Shown here: positions 39,517-52,517 of the stretch, one piece after another
Layout: each line of letters begins with the position of its first letter
Position numbering within the stretch: the first letter of the stretch is position 1
Origin: the human T2T-CHM13v2.0 reference genome, Homo sapiens
DNA length: 64,000 bases
Assembly: GCF_009914755.1 (NCBI RefSeq)
Contig: NC_060934.1
Strand: one strand, 5' to 3'
Made by a program: the position numbers and the translations under genes
Notes under the pieces: model-generated
Database searches by the model: none
What the model saw: the letters and a program-made list of their open reading frames with translations, nothing else
What the model was told of the DNA's origin: nothing

Positions 39517-41635
39517 TGGTATCGTGTTTTTAATTCAAATCACACTTGTTCATTGCTGGTATACAGGAAAGTGATCAACTTTTATATATGAACCTTGTAT
39601 CCTGTAACCTTGCTATAATTATGTATTAGTCCCAGGAGATTTTTGCTGGTTGTTATTGATTCTCTTAGATGCCTACATAAGCAATCATATCATCTATGAA
39701 CAAATAGTTTTCTTTCTTCTTTCCCAATATAACTTTTGTTTATTTTCTTGTCTTATTATGTTAGCCAGGACTTCCAGTACAATGTTGAAAAGAAGTGGTG
39801 AGAGGGAACGTCCTTGCTTTGTTTCTGATCTTAGTGGGAAAGCTTCTAATTTCACACCATTAATTATGATGTTTGCTATAGGTTTTTTGTAGATATTCTT
39901 TATCATCTCAGGGAATTTCCCCTCTATTCTAAGTTTACTGAGAGTTGTTATAAATGGGTGTTGGATTGTGTTAAATGCTTTTTCTGCATAGGTTAATATG
40001 ATCATGTTCTTTTTTCTTTAGTCTGCTGATGAGATGGATTACATTAATTGATTTTTAAATGTTGAACCAGCCTTGGGATAAATTCTCATAGTGGTTATGT
40101 AGTATAATTTTTTATACATGATTGGATTCAATTTGCTAATGCTTTATTGAGGATTTTTGCATCTTTGTTCCTGAGAATTATTGATCTTTAGTTTTCCTTT
40201 CTTGTAATATATTTACCTGATTTTGATATTTGGTTACATTTGGTATTTGGTATTTGGTTGATGGTTGATTTTGGTATTTGGTTCATTAAATGAGTTAGAA
40301 AATATTTTATCCTCTTCTATTTTCTGAAAAATGATGTGGAAAATTGGCATAATTTCTCCCTTAAATGTTTAGTAGAATTCACCAGTAAAACCATCTGAGC
40401 CTAGTGTTTTCTCTTTAGCAAAGTTATTAATTACTGATTCAATTTATTTAATAGATATAGTTCTATTCAAATAACCTTTTTCATCCTGTGTGAGTTTTAA
40501 CAGATTGTGTCTTTCAAGAAATTGATCTATTTCATCTGGGTTATCAAAGTTGTGGCCATAGAAGTGTTTATCATACTCTTTTGTCACCATTTTAATATCT
40601 ATAAGATTTGTAGTGATGTCCCCTCTTTCATTTCGGATATTAGTAATTTGTGTCCCCTCTCTTTTTTCTTAATTAGCCTGGCCAGAGGCTTATTAACTTT
40701 ATTGATATTTTCAAAGAACCAGATTTTAAAAATTGATTTTCTCTATTGATTTCCTATTTTCAGTTTCATTGATTTCTGTTCTAGTTTTTATTATTTCTTT
40801 TTTTCTGCTTACCTTGGAGTTTTTTTTTTCTTGTTTCCTGAGATGGGAGGTTAGATGACTGATTCTAGATACTTCTTTTTAATATATACACTCAATGCTA
40901 TAAATTTCCTTCTAAGTACTGCTTTTGCTGCATCCCACAAATGTTAGATTTGTTAAATTTTCATTTAGTTGAACATACTTTTTAGTTTCTCTTGACATTT
41001 ATTTTTTGACTAATATGTTATTTAGATGTGTCTTGTTTAATCTCCGTGTATTTTGGGACTTTCTAGTTATCTTTCTGTTAATTATTTATTGCTCAATTTA
41101 ATTGTGTTCTGAGAGCCGACATTGTATGATTTCTATTCTTTCATATTTGTTAAAGTGTGTTTTATGGCCCAGGATGTGGTCTAGTTCAGTGGATGTTCTA
41201 TTTGGGCTTTAGAAGAATGTGTATTCTGCTGTTGTCTGATAAAGTAATCTATAGATGTTAGTTATATCCAGTTGATTGGTGGCATTATTAAAATCAACTA
41301 TGTCCTTATTGATTTTATTTCTTTTTTTGTATATCACTCATACTTTAAAAAAAAAAAACTTTTTAAAGTGATTGCCCTAGAATTTGCTATATACACTTAC
41401 AATGAATCCAAGCCCATTTTAAATAACACTATACCACTTCAATAGTAGTGAGAGTGGCTTTTAGTAAAAATAATTATAAATTCTTGTCTCTTGCCTCTTC
41501 TCTCACTGTTGTCACTCATTTCACTTGTATGTAAACATACATAAGATATATACATAAGTATACATAATCAAATACCTTGTTGGTATGTTTATGTTGAACA
41601 ATTTTTTTTCTGTTAAGTCAATTGAGAATAATACT
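39517..41635 (-). mobile_element. Host L1 segment 2 (ORF2 RT to EN, then inter-ORF region)
   Basis: ORF 39694-40005 [12 protein letters not shown]...[19 protein letters not shown] is L1 RT. The sequence resumes the segment interrupted at ~34095. Confidence 0.8.
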
Positions 41636-42179
41636 TTTCTTTCTTTTTTTAATTATACTTTAAGTTCTGGGGTACATGTGAAGAACATCCAGGTTTGTTA
41701 CATAGGTATACACATGCTATGGTGGTTTGCTGCACCCATCAACCTGTCATCTACATTAGGTACTTCTCCTAATGCTATTGCTCCCTTAGCCCCCCACCCC
41801 TCCTTGACAGGCCTTGGTGTGTGATGTTCCCCTCCCTATGTCCATGTGTTCTCATTGTTCAACTCCCACTTATGAGTGAGAATATGCAGTGTTTGGTTTT
41901 CTGTTCTTGTGTTAGTTTGCTGAGAATGATGGTTTCTAGCTTCATCCATGTTCCTGCAAAGGACATGAACTCATCCTTTTATATGGCTGCATAGTATTCC
42001 ATGGTGTATATGTGCCACATCTTCTTTATCCAGTCTACCATTGATGGGCATTTGGGTTGGTTCCAACTCTTTGCTATTGTGAACAGTGCCACAATAAACA
42101 TACATGTGCAAGTGTGTTTATAGTAGAATGATTTATAATCCTTTGGGTATATACCCAGTAATGGGATTGCTGGGTCAAA
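41636..42179 (-). mobile_element. 5'-truncated L1PA (L1PA7/8-like) 3' end nested in the host L1
   Basis: TTATACTTTAAGTTCTGGGGTACATGTG 3' end, plus ORF2 C-terminus DPAIPLLGIYPKDYKSFYYK...WIKKMWHIYTMEYYAAI. Confidence 0.9.
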
Positions 42180-43665
42180 AAATTTTGCCTTCATTTATTC
42201 TTCTTCATTGTTCTTTCTTTCTTCATGTGGTTCAAGTTTCTGACCTATATTTCCTTCTGTCTGAAGAAACTTTAATGATTTTTGCAAAACAGATCTACTG
42301 ACAAGTTTCTTAAGTTTTTCTTTGTTTGAGAAAACATTCTTTTCTTCTTCACTTTTGATGGATAATTTTGCAGGGTACGGAATTCTAGATTGGTGGTGTT
42401 TTTTTCCCTCAACCCTTTAAATATGTCTCTCTACTTTCTTCTTGCTTACATGGTTTCTGGGGAGAAGTTGGATATAATTCTTATCTCTTCTCCTTTATAG
42501 GTAAGGTATTTATTTCTTCTAGCTTCTCTCATGACTTTTTTTCTTAATCTTTGATTTTTTTTGTAGTTTGAAAATGATACATCTAGGTGTAGATTTTTCA
42601 GCATTTATCTGTCTCAGTGTTCTCTGAGTTTTGAGTGTCTGTGGTTTGGTGTCTGACATTACTTTGCTATGATTCTCAGTTATAATTATTTCAGATTTTT
42701 TTCTGTTTCTTTTTCTGTTATTCACATTACATGCATTTATACCATTTTTAGTTGTTCCTCATTCTTGGATATTCTTTTCCTTTTTTTTTTTTTACTTTTT
42801 GTTGTTTTTGCTTTTCAGTTTTGGCATTTTCTGTTGAGATGTTCTCAAGCTCAGAGATTCTTCCTCAGCTGTGTTCAGTCTGCTAAAAACACATCAAAGG
42901 CATTTTTAAATTTCAGGTACAGTGTTTTTGATCCCTAGCATTTCTTTTTTTTTCTTAGAATTTTCAACTTTCTGTTTACATTGCTCATCTGTTTTGGCAT
43001 GCTGTCTACCTTATCCATGAAATCTTTTAGCACATTAATTAAATTTGTTTGAAATTTCTGCACTGGTCATTGCAACATCCCTGTTGTATCAGACTCTGAT
43101 ACTTTCTCTGTGTCTTCTATGTTTTTTCCCTTTAGTATGCCTTGTAATTTTTTTCTTCACAGCTGGACATGATATACTGGTTTGAAAGGAATGGCTGTAA
43201 ATAAGTCTTTAGTAATGTGATGGTAAGCTATGGAAGGAGGGGAAGCTTTTTATCAACCTGTGATTAGTTCTCAGGTATTTACAGGTGTTTCTGTTTGTTC
43301 TCCCTCTCCTGATCCCTCAGGTTGATTAGATTAGCTAGAGTGGGCTGTAGGTAGGTATCTATGTTCTCCCACATGGAAGGATAAAGTGGGCTGGTGTTGT
43401 GTATTTTACTTCCCGTAGCTTAGTTGGACTATAAAACCCCTGAAGTTTAGTCTCTGATTTATAAGTTTCTTCTGAGAGCAGACCTTGTTAAAAAGAATGT
43501 AGTGCTCTGATGTGTATTTCAGAATAATTATTTTCCCCCTCCCCTGATATAACCATATGGGCAATTTTCTTTAACATTTGTTGGGAGTATGTGGTCACCT
43601 ACTGGTGATAAAATTCACAAAGTGAAGGGGCTTCCTATGAATCCCCCTGGAGTTTTGAACTCTCA
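42180..43665 (-). mobile_element. Host L1 segment 3 (ORF1 and 5' region)
   Basis: ORF 42519-42725 (...QRTLRQINAEKSTPRCIIFKLQK) is L1 ORF1-like. Right boundary approximate. Confidence 0.7.
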
Positions 43666-43666
43666 G

Positions 43667-43668
<2 letters not shown>

Positions 43669-43702
<34 letters not shown>
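43669..43702. repeat. (TG)17 microsatellite
   Basis: Read directly. Confidence 0.97.
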
Positions 43703-43706
<4 letters not shown>

Positions 43707-43946
43707 GAAAACTCTGGTTTTTTTTTTTTAAACTCATAATGTGATTGGCATTGCTTATCCTAGAGAAAGCTTTAACTTAAAAACCATAATTTAAGTAAGG
43801 TACGACCTCAGACTTGGAAATGCTGGATATCTAAAGAGAAGGGAAATAAATATTCAGTTTCTGGTGGATAACAACTGAAGAGAAGGTCACCCCATCCTTA
43901 CTCCTGCATAAGTGGGAGATAACTTATCCCCAGTCTTTTTTAGGGA

Positions 43947-44202
43947 GGCAGCACGATATAGTGGACAGAACATGGACCTTGGATTTAGGGTTTCATGGGT
44001 TAAGTTTCTAGAACTGCTACTTCTTAGTTGTGTGAGAGCTTGATAAAGTTATCTGTCCTAAGATGTAATTGACTCACCATAAAGTGGAAATAATAATGCC
44101 TATCTCAACTTTATTGTTGTGAAAACTATGCTATTTTATAGCATAAATATATAGTAAAACTATACTATTTACTTGGCACACACTATGTACTCAATAAATG
44201 GG
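43947..44202 (+). mobile_element. MIR, near full length
   Basis: GGCAGCACGATATAGTGGACAGAACATGG 5' end through CTTGGCACACACTATGTACTCAATAAATG 3' end. Confidence 0.65.
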
Positions 44203-45409
44203 TGCTTTTCATGATGTTATTAGAACTTATATTTAGCATGGGTTGGTAAAATATAGAGCAAGATTCATGGACCAAGGAACCCTTTTCTGTTTGCATTATA
44301 TGTGCCTCATATTTTCAAATTAGTTTCTCCGTATAGATGACTAATGCACTTGCATTTCTGGGATTATTCTTCACCAGGAAAACAGAAGGATAGGTCATTT
44401 AATAAAAGCCCTATTTGGTACATTTGAGAAGTTAAGCTCCCTGTCTGAGGTGAACATCCCAAATTCAAACACTTGGTTAGTTGCAGAGCCAGACCTCAAA
44501 ACTGGGTCTACTAATTCCCATTTATCATGCACTCTCCCCAGTCCCAGATGCTTTAGCTGCACTACTAGAGGTGTTTATCTCCTGGAGGTTACATAATCTA
44601 AAATTGTGCCTCAAAGACCAGCAGATATACATAGTGAAGGAAAAAGAGAAAATTGTTTAGGGAGAAGTTAGAAAGAGGACGATTTTAAGTTCATTTCTCC
44701 TGTGCAGATGTGAGGGTTTGGCTGTCAAGTCAGAGAATTCTTTCTTGTTCTAGCTCATTTACCTGATGATGATCTTTTCTAAGAAACTTCTGTGTGCAAG
44801 AAGGGCAGTTCTTGACTGTTACCAACACAGTGATTTACTTAGGGGCCTGTGAGGAATGGAAGACACAATGTTTCTCTACAGCTCTATTTTTTTCTTTGAG
44901 TGCTGTTTCTAAGACCTGAAATGCCATGCAGTGTCTGATAGGTATATGACTAAAAACAAATAAATGAACAAAGCAATTGGGGATTCTAGTTTATACTTCT
45001 GTAATAATTATCTGTGTTAAATTGAATGAGTCACTTAATTTGAGTTTGTATCGATTTCTCTAAAGCAAGGATACTATAATATGTAATATATGAACATGAC
45101 TTAGTTATTATTTGAAATCTACTGTGTATCTCTCTGTCTCTCCACTTCTCTATCAAGCAATCAATCAATCTATCTATCTATCTACTACCTACCTCATATA
45201 TATTATGCCATATTATGAGAAGGCATTTTTAAATTACATACTGGCATTATAATTTTATGTTTTTTAATTAATGGTGACGAGAGGTATTTCCTTGGTTAGG
45301 AATTTTTAATCCAAAAGCTTGAACATGAAATGCTGCACAAATACCCAGGTCCCAAAGGTCTTACTAAGTGGTTTTGTTCCCAAAGAACCAAGAGAATGAC
45401 AATACATGA

Positions 45410-45660
45410 GAGGCAGTAGAATGGAGTGGTTGCAGAACAAGACAAACCTAGGTTGGAGTCCAGACCGAATCTTCTTTGCTGTATGCCTTTAGTGAAGTCA
45501 AACCATTTAATTTCTTTGAGTCTCAGTTTTATTGTTGGTAATGTCTGAGTAATAACAGTAGTATCTATGATCAAGTATTGCTGCAAGGATTAAGTAAAGA
45601 AAGGCGTAGAAAGTGTTTAGAACACATCCGAGCATTTGGAAGTATTAGTCACTGTTGTGC
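45410..45660 (+). mobile_element. MIR
   Basis: CATTTAATTTCTTTGAGTCTCAGTTTT core, then GCAAGGATTAAGTAAAG...AAAGTGTTTAGAACA. Confidence 0.6.
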
Positions 45661-48600
45661 CCATCATTTGCATTAATAGCATTTGTATTTAGGCTAAAAA
45701 CCTGACTTGGTTCCACAGATTACAGTTTAATTTCTAAAAATGTTTACTTGGTCCATTTGAAAGAGGTGCATTTTCAGTGCAGTGCTATTTGCTAACACCA
45801 TGCCAGAAACACATCAAGATGGCCATGGTCCCCAGTAGTTGATCCAGTGAGCACTATATTTGGCTGGCAAATGAATGAATGTCTCTGCATATATGGGGAG
45901 TGCCGTGATTTTAGAGCTGTTTGGTTCCCTTTGACCAGCAAACTGACCTGTAAAAGGAACTAGTACTAATTTTGAGCATATATTTCTGGTACGCATTGTG
46001 TACTGAGGGATTTTATTGTTATCAGAACATCACTGATGAAATAGAAATTATCCCCTTTTACAGAGAATACAATTAAGGAAATAACCTTGGAAGGTGATGT
46101 TTTATGGCTGTTTTATGTGTTTGTGTTGGTGTGACTAGGTTACTATGTAAGTAGTTAAATTAAATCATCCTACTGATAAGAGTGAATTGGCATCCTGCTT
46201 TATAATCAGACTTTTGCTCGTTGATATTAGGGATAGAAAAACACATATGACATTCTCCATACCTTCAAGGAGATTATGTCCCCAATAAGAAAGCACAATG
46301 AGCACATATGCAATAATTGACAAGCAAATAGATTCTATAAGCAAACAGGAAAGAGCAAGAATTTCTGAAATCCAACTGTAGGCTCATGTGCCTACAAATC
46401 TATCAGTGGGCAATGTGAAATTTCATCAGTACTTTTGTGGATCTTTTTTAAGAGCCTGTCGTTTGTGCTACATGTTGTGTGGAATGCAAAGCAGTGTAAA
46501 TTCCATTTGTTGCTTTCAAGAAACATGTAATCTATTTGAGAATATAAGGCTAAAATTCAAGAATAGATAAAAGCAGGTATGCAATAGGAATGTAAAATTA
46601 CTGGCTAAGTCAGGCAGGCTGGGGAGTGATGGATATGCAGACATTGTTGATCATGGAGTGAGTGAGTCATATACAAAGTTGAGCCTAAGCTGGCATGGAA
46701 GGAGCAGTAGAATTGAGGCAGAGAGGAAAGAGAGGGATTTTTGTGTGGAGGTCAGGCTTTGGGGATGATAGACTAATTCAGCCAAAGTTAAAGGATTCAT
46801 TTGGGCAGAAGTTGGAGAAAACGCTGAAAGGTGAGGAAGACAGATGACAGATGGCTTTGAATGATAAAAATTGATGCTTTTGCTTTTGTCACAAAAATTC
46901 TGATTTAGGGCAGCATGATATAAGATAGAACCAGATTCATGGACAGTAATACTTTAGACAGATACTGTCAAAGAGTTTTTAGATGTATTTAAGTGCGTAT
47001 GTTTGTGTATCTGTATTTGAGGGAAAGTGCTTTTTTAACCTGTGAATTTTCACATTAATCCCATAGGCATAAAAGTATGGGAGTTTTGGTTTACTACCTT
47101 CAACTATTTATCATCTTTTCCCACCTATTACCACCAGTCATTTTTCTCCTTTAAAAACACACAAAGACAAAGGAATAAAGCCAAATAGAATCTATAACTA
47201 TCACTTTAGCTTTAAACTACTAGTTTACTGTATTATTTGGCTTTATTTCTTTGCTTTATTCTTTAATAGCATCCATAGCTACTAGTTTAGTTTTAAACTA
47301 AACTAGTGAATAGAACCATGAATTTGGTTCCATCTTATATCACTAGTTTAGTTGAGTTTTAGTTTAAAACTAGTAGCTATAGATAGTATTTTGCTTTATT
47401 TCTTTGTATGTTAAGATTTTTTATATAGTTCTAAACGTGGTAGATCCACAATTATATATCCAGCCTTTGTACCTCATATGATGAGCACTTTGCACACATT
47501 ACTATATAATCTGCTGAAGGTTTTAAATAAGGCAAGCATAGTGACTGCATAGTCTGTCCAATTTGGGACTGGCAGCTGTTATCAAGGTATGCATTTTAAG
47601 TTGCAGAGATTTTAAAGTGTACAATATTAACTTGACTTACTGTGTCTGGGAAACTGATGTAGGCTGCATCCAAAGATTTCCCTGCAGCTTGCTTAGTTCC
47701 ATTTGTCAAGTGGAAATCTCATAACTAAATAGTCACACAGAGCTTTGTCGATTTCTTGCTGGGCTCAGTGGATAATATGTGACCTGTCGCACATGAGGGA
47801 TTCTCTGTGGGGAGGGATGTAGCTCACAGCCTAGGCAGGGCATGAGGTATTTTTCTAAGGGGCCTCCCTGTGGGCTGGCTCTGTAGATTGGATGAAGCAC
47901 AGAGACAGAGAAGTCAATCAGCTGCCTGTTGGATTTGTGGGGCTCTGAAAGGCCAATTTGCTGGGATTAACAGAGGTCTGGCTTAATAAATGTGTCTGCT
48001 TGCCTAATATATTTGAGTAAATGAACCTTAAAATACTTGATTTAATTTAGCATTGGGCACCAGATATCAGTGGCTGATGAAGAACTCAAGAATCCTGTTG
48101 AGTGTTCCAGCTTTGCAAGGAAGGTGAAATCAGCCATGCTGCCATAACAGCTGATGAGAAACAAAAGCAATTTGGAAAACAAAATTAGCTCCTGCCATTT
48201 TCCCAGCACAAGAGTCTGTGGCTTGCCACCTGGGGACCAAGTGTTCCCATTCAGCACAGTTTGTTTGCTGTGGCTGAGTGCCCTGACTGGCTGGCAGGAG
48301 GGCACATACTCTCTTACTTCAGATGGCATTCCCTTTGCCCTGCATCCCTGCACCCTTGCTGGGCCCTGGATCTCCTAGGGAAACAGCCAGATGGAGGAGA
48401 CAAGATCAAATCTGCTAGGACAGGAAGAATTCCATCACTCTCAAAAGAGATTCCATTGCCCAAGACAGCACCGACCAGCTGAATCTTAAGAGAGGGCAGA
48501 AAAAGGAGAGAGGGCCATGTATGCTACTGAGAGCTGAAGAAGATGAGCTGGAAGTAGTGAAGATTCTCTAAAGAGAAAACTATTAAGGGAGAAAAATGCC

Positions 48601-49402
48601 TGGTGGTGATAGGTGGGAAAAGATGAGAAATAGCTGAAGGCAGTAAAACAAAACGGAAAACTGAAAGAACTGTGCAGTGAACATCAACATACACACCACC
48701 TGTAGTCTACCATTAGTATTTGCTATGCTTGTTCTATCACATGTCTATCTGTCCATCCTTCTGCATACATCCATTAGTCTATCTTGATGCTTTATTCATT
48801 TCAAAGTAAATTTAAGACACCTATATTCTTTGTCCTAAATGATTCAGCTTGCAAATCATTAACCGTAGTTGAATTTTTTTTATACTTTTAGCCCTGTGGG
48901 GGTATAAATCCTATCAACAATGGAATGCAAAATTCAACAGTGTGTACTTACTGAGTTTTGGAAAAGACATTCACCTGTGTAATCCAAACTTCCTGAAAGT
49001 CCTCTCATGCCCCTTCTAAGTCAATCTCCAGCCCAGTCCCCCTTCTCAGTCAATCTCCAGTCCAGTCTCCAGAACCAACCACTATTCTATTTTTTCATCA
49101 TAAATTAGATTTGCTGGTTTGGAGATTTATCCATACTGATTATATACACACACATATACACACACAAACACTGAAAAAAAATATATATATATATATCTAT
49201 ATCTATATCTATATATATCTCAGTATTTATTTCCTACTAAATCTCCTACTAATGAATTCCTGGGCTGTTTCCTATTTTGGGCTGCTATGAATAAGCCACT
49301 ATGAACATTTATTTTTTTGTTTGTATACTTGTGTCTTCTTTTCTCTTGACTAAATTCTTAGGGTTGCAGTTCCCAAATCATAAAATATACATATAGTACA
49401 AC

Positions 49403-50335
49403 TGATGGAGGATTTTTCTTGGCCCCTTCACTGAACTCGCAGCAGTGGTGTTCCCTCTACCTGGCCCACCATGCTTGTGGGAGGGAGCATGTGAGCGAGT
49501 TAGTGTGGGATCTGGCCATACACTCTGGGTGCTGACACAGGAGCAAGCTCCATGGAGGGCCCATGGCCAGACCAGGTGTATCACCTCAGGGGGAGCGCAG
49601 CAGCCCCAGGTGAGGGTGCTCACAACCCTGAAGCCCCAGAGGGGGTGTTAGAGTGCACCTTTAGCTCTACCATCTGCGGACAGTGGCATGTTAGCAGCTC
49701 AGTTGGCCCCTTGCCTTGTCATGTGGGGCAGCTGCCCTCTGCCACTGCGAGTAAAGGGCCAGTGTGACAGTCTTTCTGGGTACCCACACTCGGTGGGTCC
49801 TGAACTCTTGTCTGGCATCCAAGAAGAATGAGGTCACATGGATGGTTGAAGGATGGTGAAGGCAGAGAATTTTACTGAGCAATGAAAACAGCTCTCAGCA
49901 GAGAGGGGAGCTGGAGAGGGGACAAGAAGGGCAGGTCATCTCCTCCCTGACTTCAAGTCAGGCTGTCTCCTCCCAGAAGTCAGGCCGTCGTCTTCTCTAC
50001 CAACTGAGTCTGGGGTCTTTATAGGCACAGGATGGGGATTGTGTGCTGACTGGTTTGTGAATATGCAAAAAAGGATCAAGTGAAGACACCATTCAAAGGT
50101 GGGCATGACAGTGTAGAAAACCAACTAGGAAAGGGTAGGTATATGTAAAGTAGGTGAAGAATAGGGATCAATCAGAGAAAGCGCACCAAACAGGGAGAAA
50201 AGTTTTCAATCCAGTCCAAAGATTTAACTTGTAACTTGGCTTTCAGGCTTTAAACCGTCTTTAGCTTGGAGGTGGGGTTTCACTGGGTACCCGCCCCTAT
50301 CTGCCTAGGCATTTGGCTGCCTCCTGTCACTGTCA
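49403..50335 (-). mobile_element. ERV1 solo LTR of the LTR1/LTR27/LTR28/MER52 group (933 bp)
   Basis: TG...CA termini. The minus-strand start TGACAGTGACAGGAGGCAGCCAAATGCCTAGGCAGATAGGGGCGGG matches the recalled family consensus. 4-bp TSD CAAC/CACC. Confidence 0.85.
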
Positions 50336-50466
50336 CACCACTTTGGAAAAAGTTATTGCAATTTCTTATAAAACTAAACATTTTCCTAAATCATTCTACC
50401 ATTTTACATTTCCACCAAAATTATATGAGTCCTAATTGTCCTGCATCTTCAATATTACTTGTTATC

Positions 50467-51310
50467 ATTTATATATATATATTTATACATATATTTATAT
50501 ATATATTTATACATATGTTTATATATATATTTATACATATATTTATATATATATTTATACATATATTTATATATATATTTATACATATATTTATATATAT
50601 TTATACATATATTTATATATATTTATATATTTATACATATATTTATATATATTTATATATTTATACATATATTTATATATATTTATATATATTTATATAT
50701 TTATATATTTATATATTTATATATTTATATATATTTATATACATTTATATATATTTATATATATTTATATATTTATATACATTTATATATATTTATATAT
50801 TTATATATTTATATATGTTTATATACATTTATATATATTTATATATATTTATATACATTTATATATATATTTATATACATTTATATATATTTATATATAT
50901 TTATATACATTTATATACATTTATATATTTATATATTTATATACATTTATATATATTTATATATTTATATATATTTATATTTTATATATTTTATATATTT
51001 ATATATTTATATACATTTATATATAATTTATATATATTTTTATATATAAATTATATATATATTTTTATATATAAATTATATATATATTTTTATATATAAA
51101 TTATATATAATATATGATATATAAATTATATATATAATATATATGATATATAAATTATATATATAATATATGATATATATTATATATTGTATGATATATA
51201 TTATATATAATATATATTTATACATGTATTTTTATATATATTTATACATATATATTTACATATATTTATATATATTTATATATTTATATATATTTATATA
51301 TATATATTTA
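50467..51310. repeat. ~845-bp AT-rich interrupted (TA)n / ATATATTT(AT)ATAC minisatellite
   Basis: Read directly; nearly all A/T. Confidence 0.97.
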
Positions 51311-52517
51311 GCCATTCTGTTGGGTGTTTAGAGATATCTCATTTTCTTTTTAACGAATGTAGCAAAGGTAATGAACCAATTGAAGGTTTTGTGTCAGATA
51401 AGACCTGATGGACTGACCAATAGAAACTAGAAATTTTGCCTAAATCCATTTGTCAATGCAACATTCTGATTGCTGAGTCCTCACAGATCACCTAACCCAA
51501 ACCACTCATTTAACAGATAAAGAAGTAAAGGCCAGAATGCAGACAAACTTTGCCTAAGGATATTGATTCAAACAGTAACAGAGTGAGTTTCAAGTCACTG
51601 TTCTAATTATACTAGAAATGGTGACTCTGTGCCACACATGTTGATATTCCCTTATTCCATGGCCCTGAGCTATGCTCAGCCCAGCTTGACTTCATCTCTC
51701 TTCTCCAAACAGGACCATAAACAGCCACTATTGACCCTTTGGATTTTATATGCATGTCAGAACCTGCTTACACCTCATTTATCGATTAATTCAGAAGGTC
51801 ACACCCATGTGTGTGTCATCACCCAGTCATAAGTATGGGAAAGAATGCCTGAACTCTGAGGTTTGCCCTTAGTTAAGGGAAGGAGTATATCCCTTTCCAT
51901 ACTCCCTTTCTTCTTTCATTTACCAAATAGAAAAGAAATATGCCACATGCTTAGGACAGTATCTGTAATCCTGCCCAACTCCAGCCATCAACCTCGTCAT
52001 AAAACAGAGCTATAGAATTTTAAAGCAGAAGAAATTAAATTATTGTTTCAAGGCCAGTTGAAAAGTCTGAGCTAGAAAGGAATTTCAGTATTACAGTAGG
52101 GACACCATCTGAAAGCTGCAGCTGGGAGCCTCTGCAGGGTTTTGTACACATGCATCCAAGCCATACATGGGTATGTTGTGAAGGACTGTCCTGCCCCTCT
52201 TAAAGGGCAGCTCTGTGCTTCTGCAGCTGGCTACATTGCTACTCTCCATCCTGCTGTCGTCCTGACACAAAGAGAGGAGAGAGAGTCTGCTCATCTGCCC
52301 CTGTGACATCTCTTTATCAGCTGCCTTAGATCAGCCTCCAACTGTTACGTCTTACTTTCCAAACAGTAGAGAATTTGAGAGGGCACTGACTTTAAGATGC
52401 CCAGTGAATAATGACTCATCAGACTGAAGATCTGTACTCTCTTCTCTCCAATAAGCATCTGCTTTTTAATCAAGATTCTTCTTTCCAGGAAAAAAAAAAA
52501 AATATATATATATAATT

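Larger units (their letters stand above)
48690..51350 (-). mobile_element. Old L1M (L1MC/ME-like) 3' fragments, interrupted by an LTR and an AT-rich expansion
   Basis: GGGCTGTTTCCTATTTTGGGCTGCTATGAATAAG; ACCATTTTACATTTCCACCA; TTAGCCATTCTGTTGGGTGT. Boundaries approximate. Confidence 0.6.

Noticed and set aside
35568-40005. Endonuclease and reverse-transcriptase-like ORFs
   Set aside because: Fragmented L1 ORF1/ORF2 fossils with many stops and frameshifts; not an active or domesticated gene.
49010-49070. ~29-bp tandem duplication (CCCTTCT.AGTCAATCTCCAG.CCAGTC)
   Set aside because: Two copies only, inside an old L1; ordinary slippage, not an array.
50266-51099. Longest ORFs in the track (277 aa and two of 196 aa, Y/I/F-rich)
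   Set aside because: Artefacts of the stop-poor AT-rich repeat: open in all three frames and low complexity.
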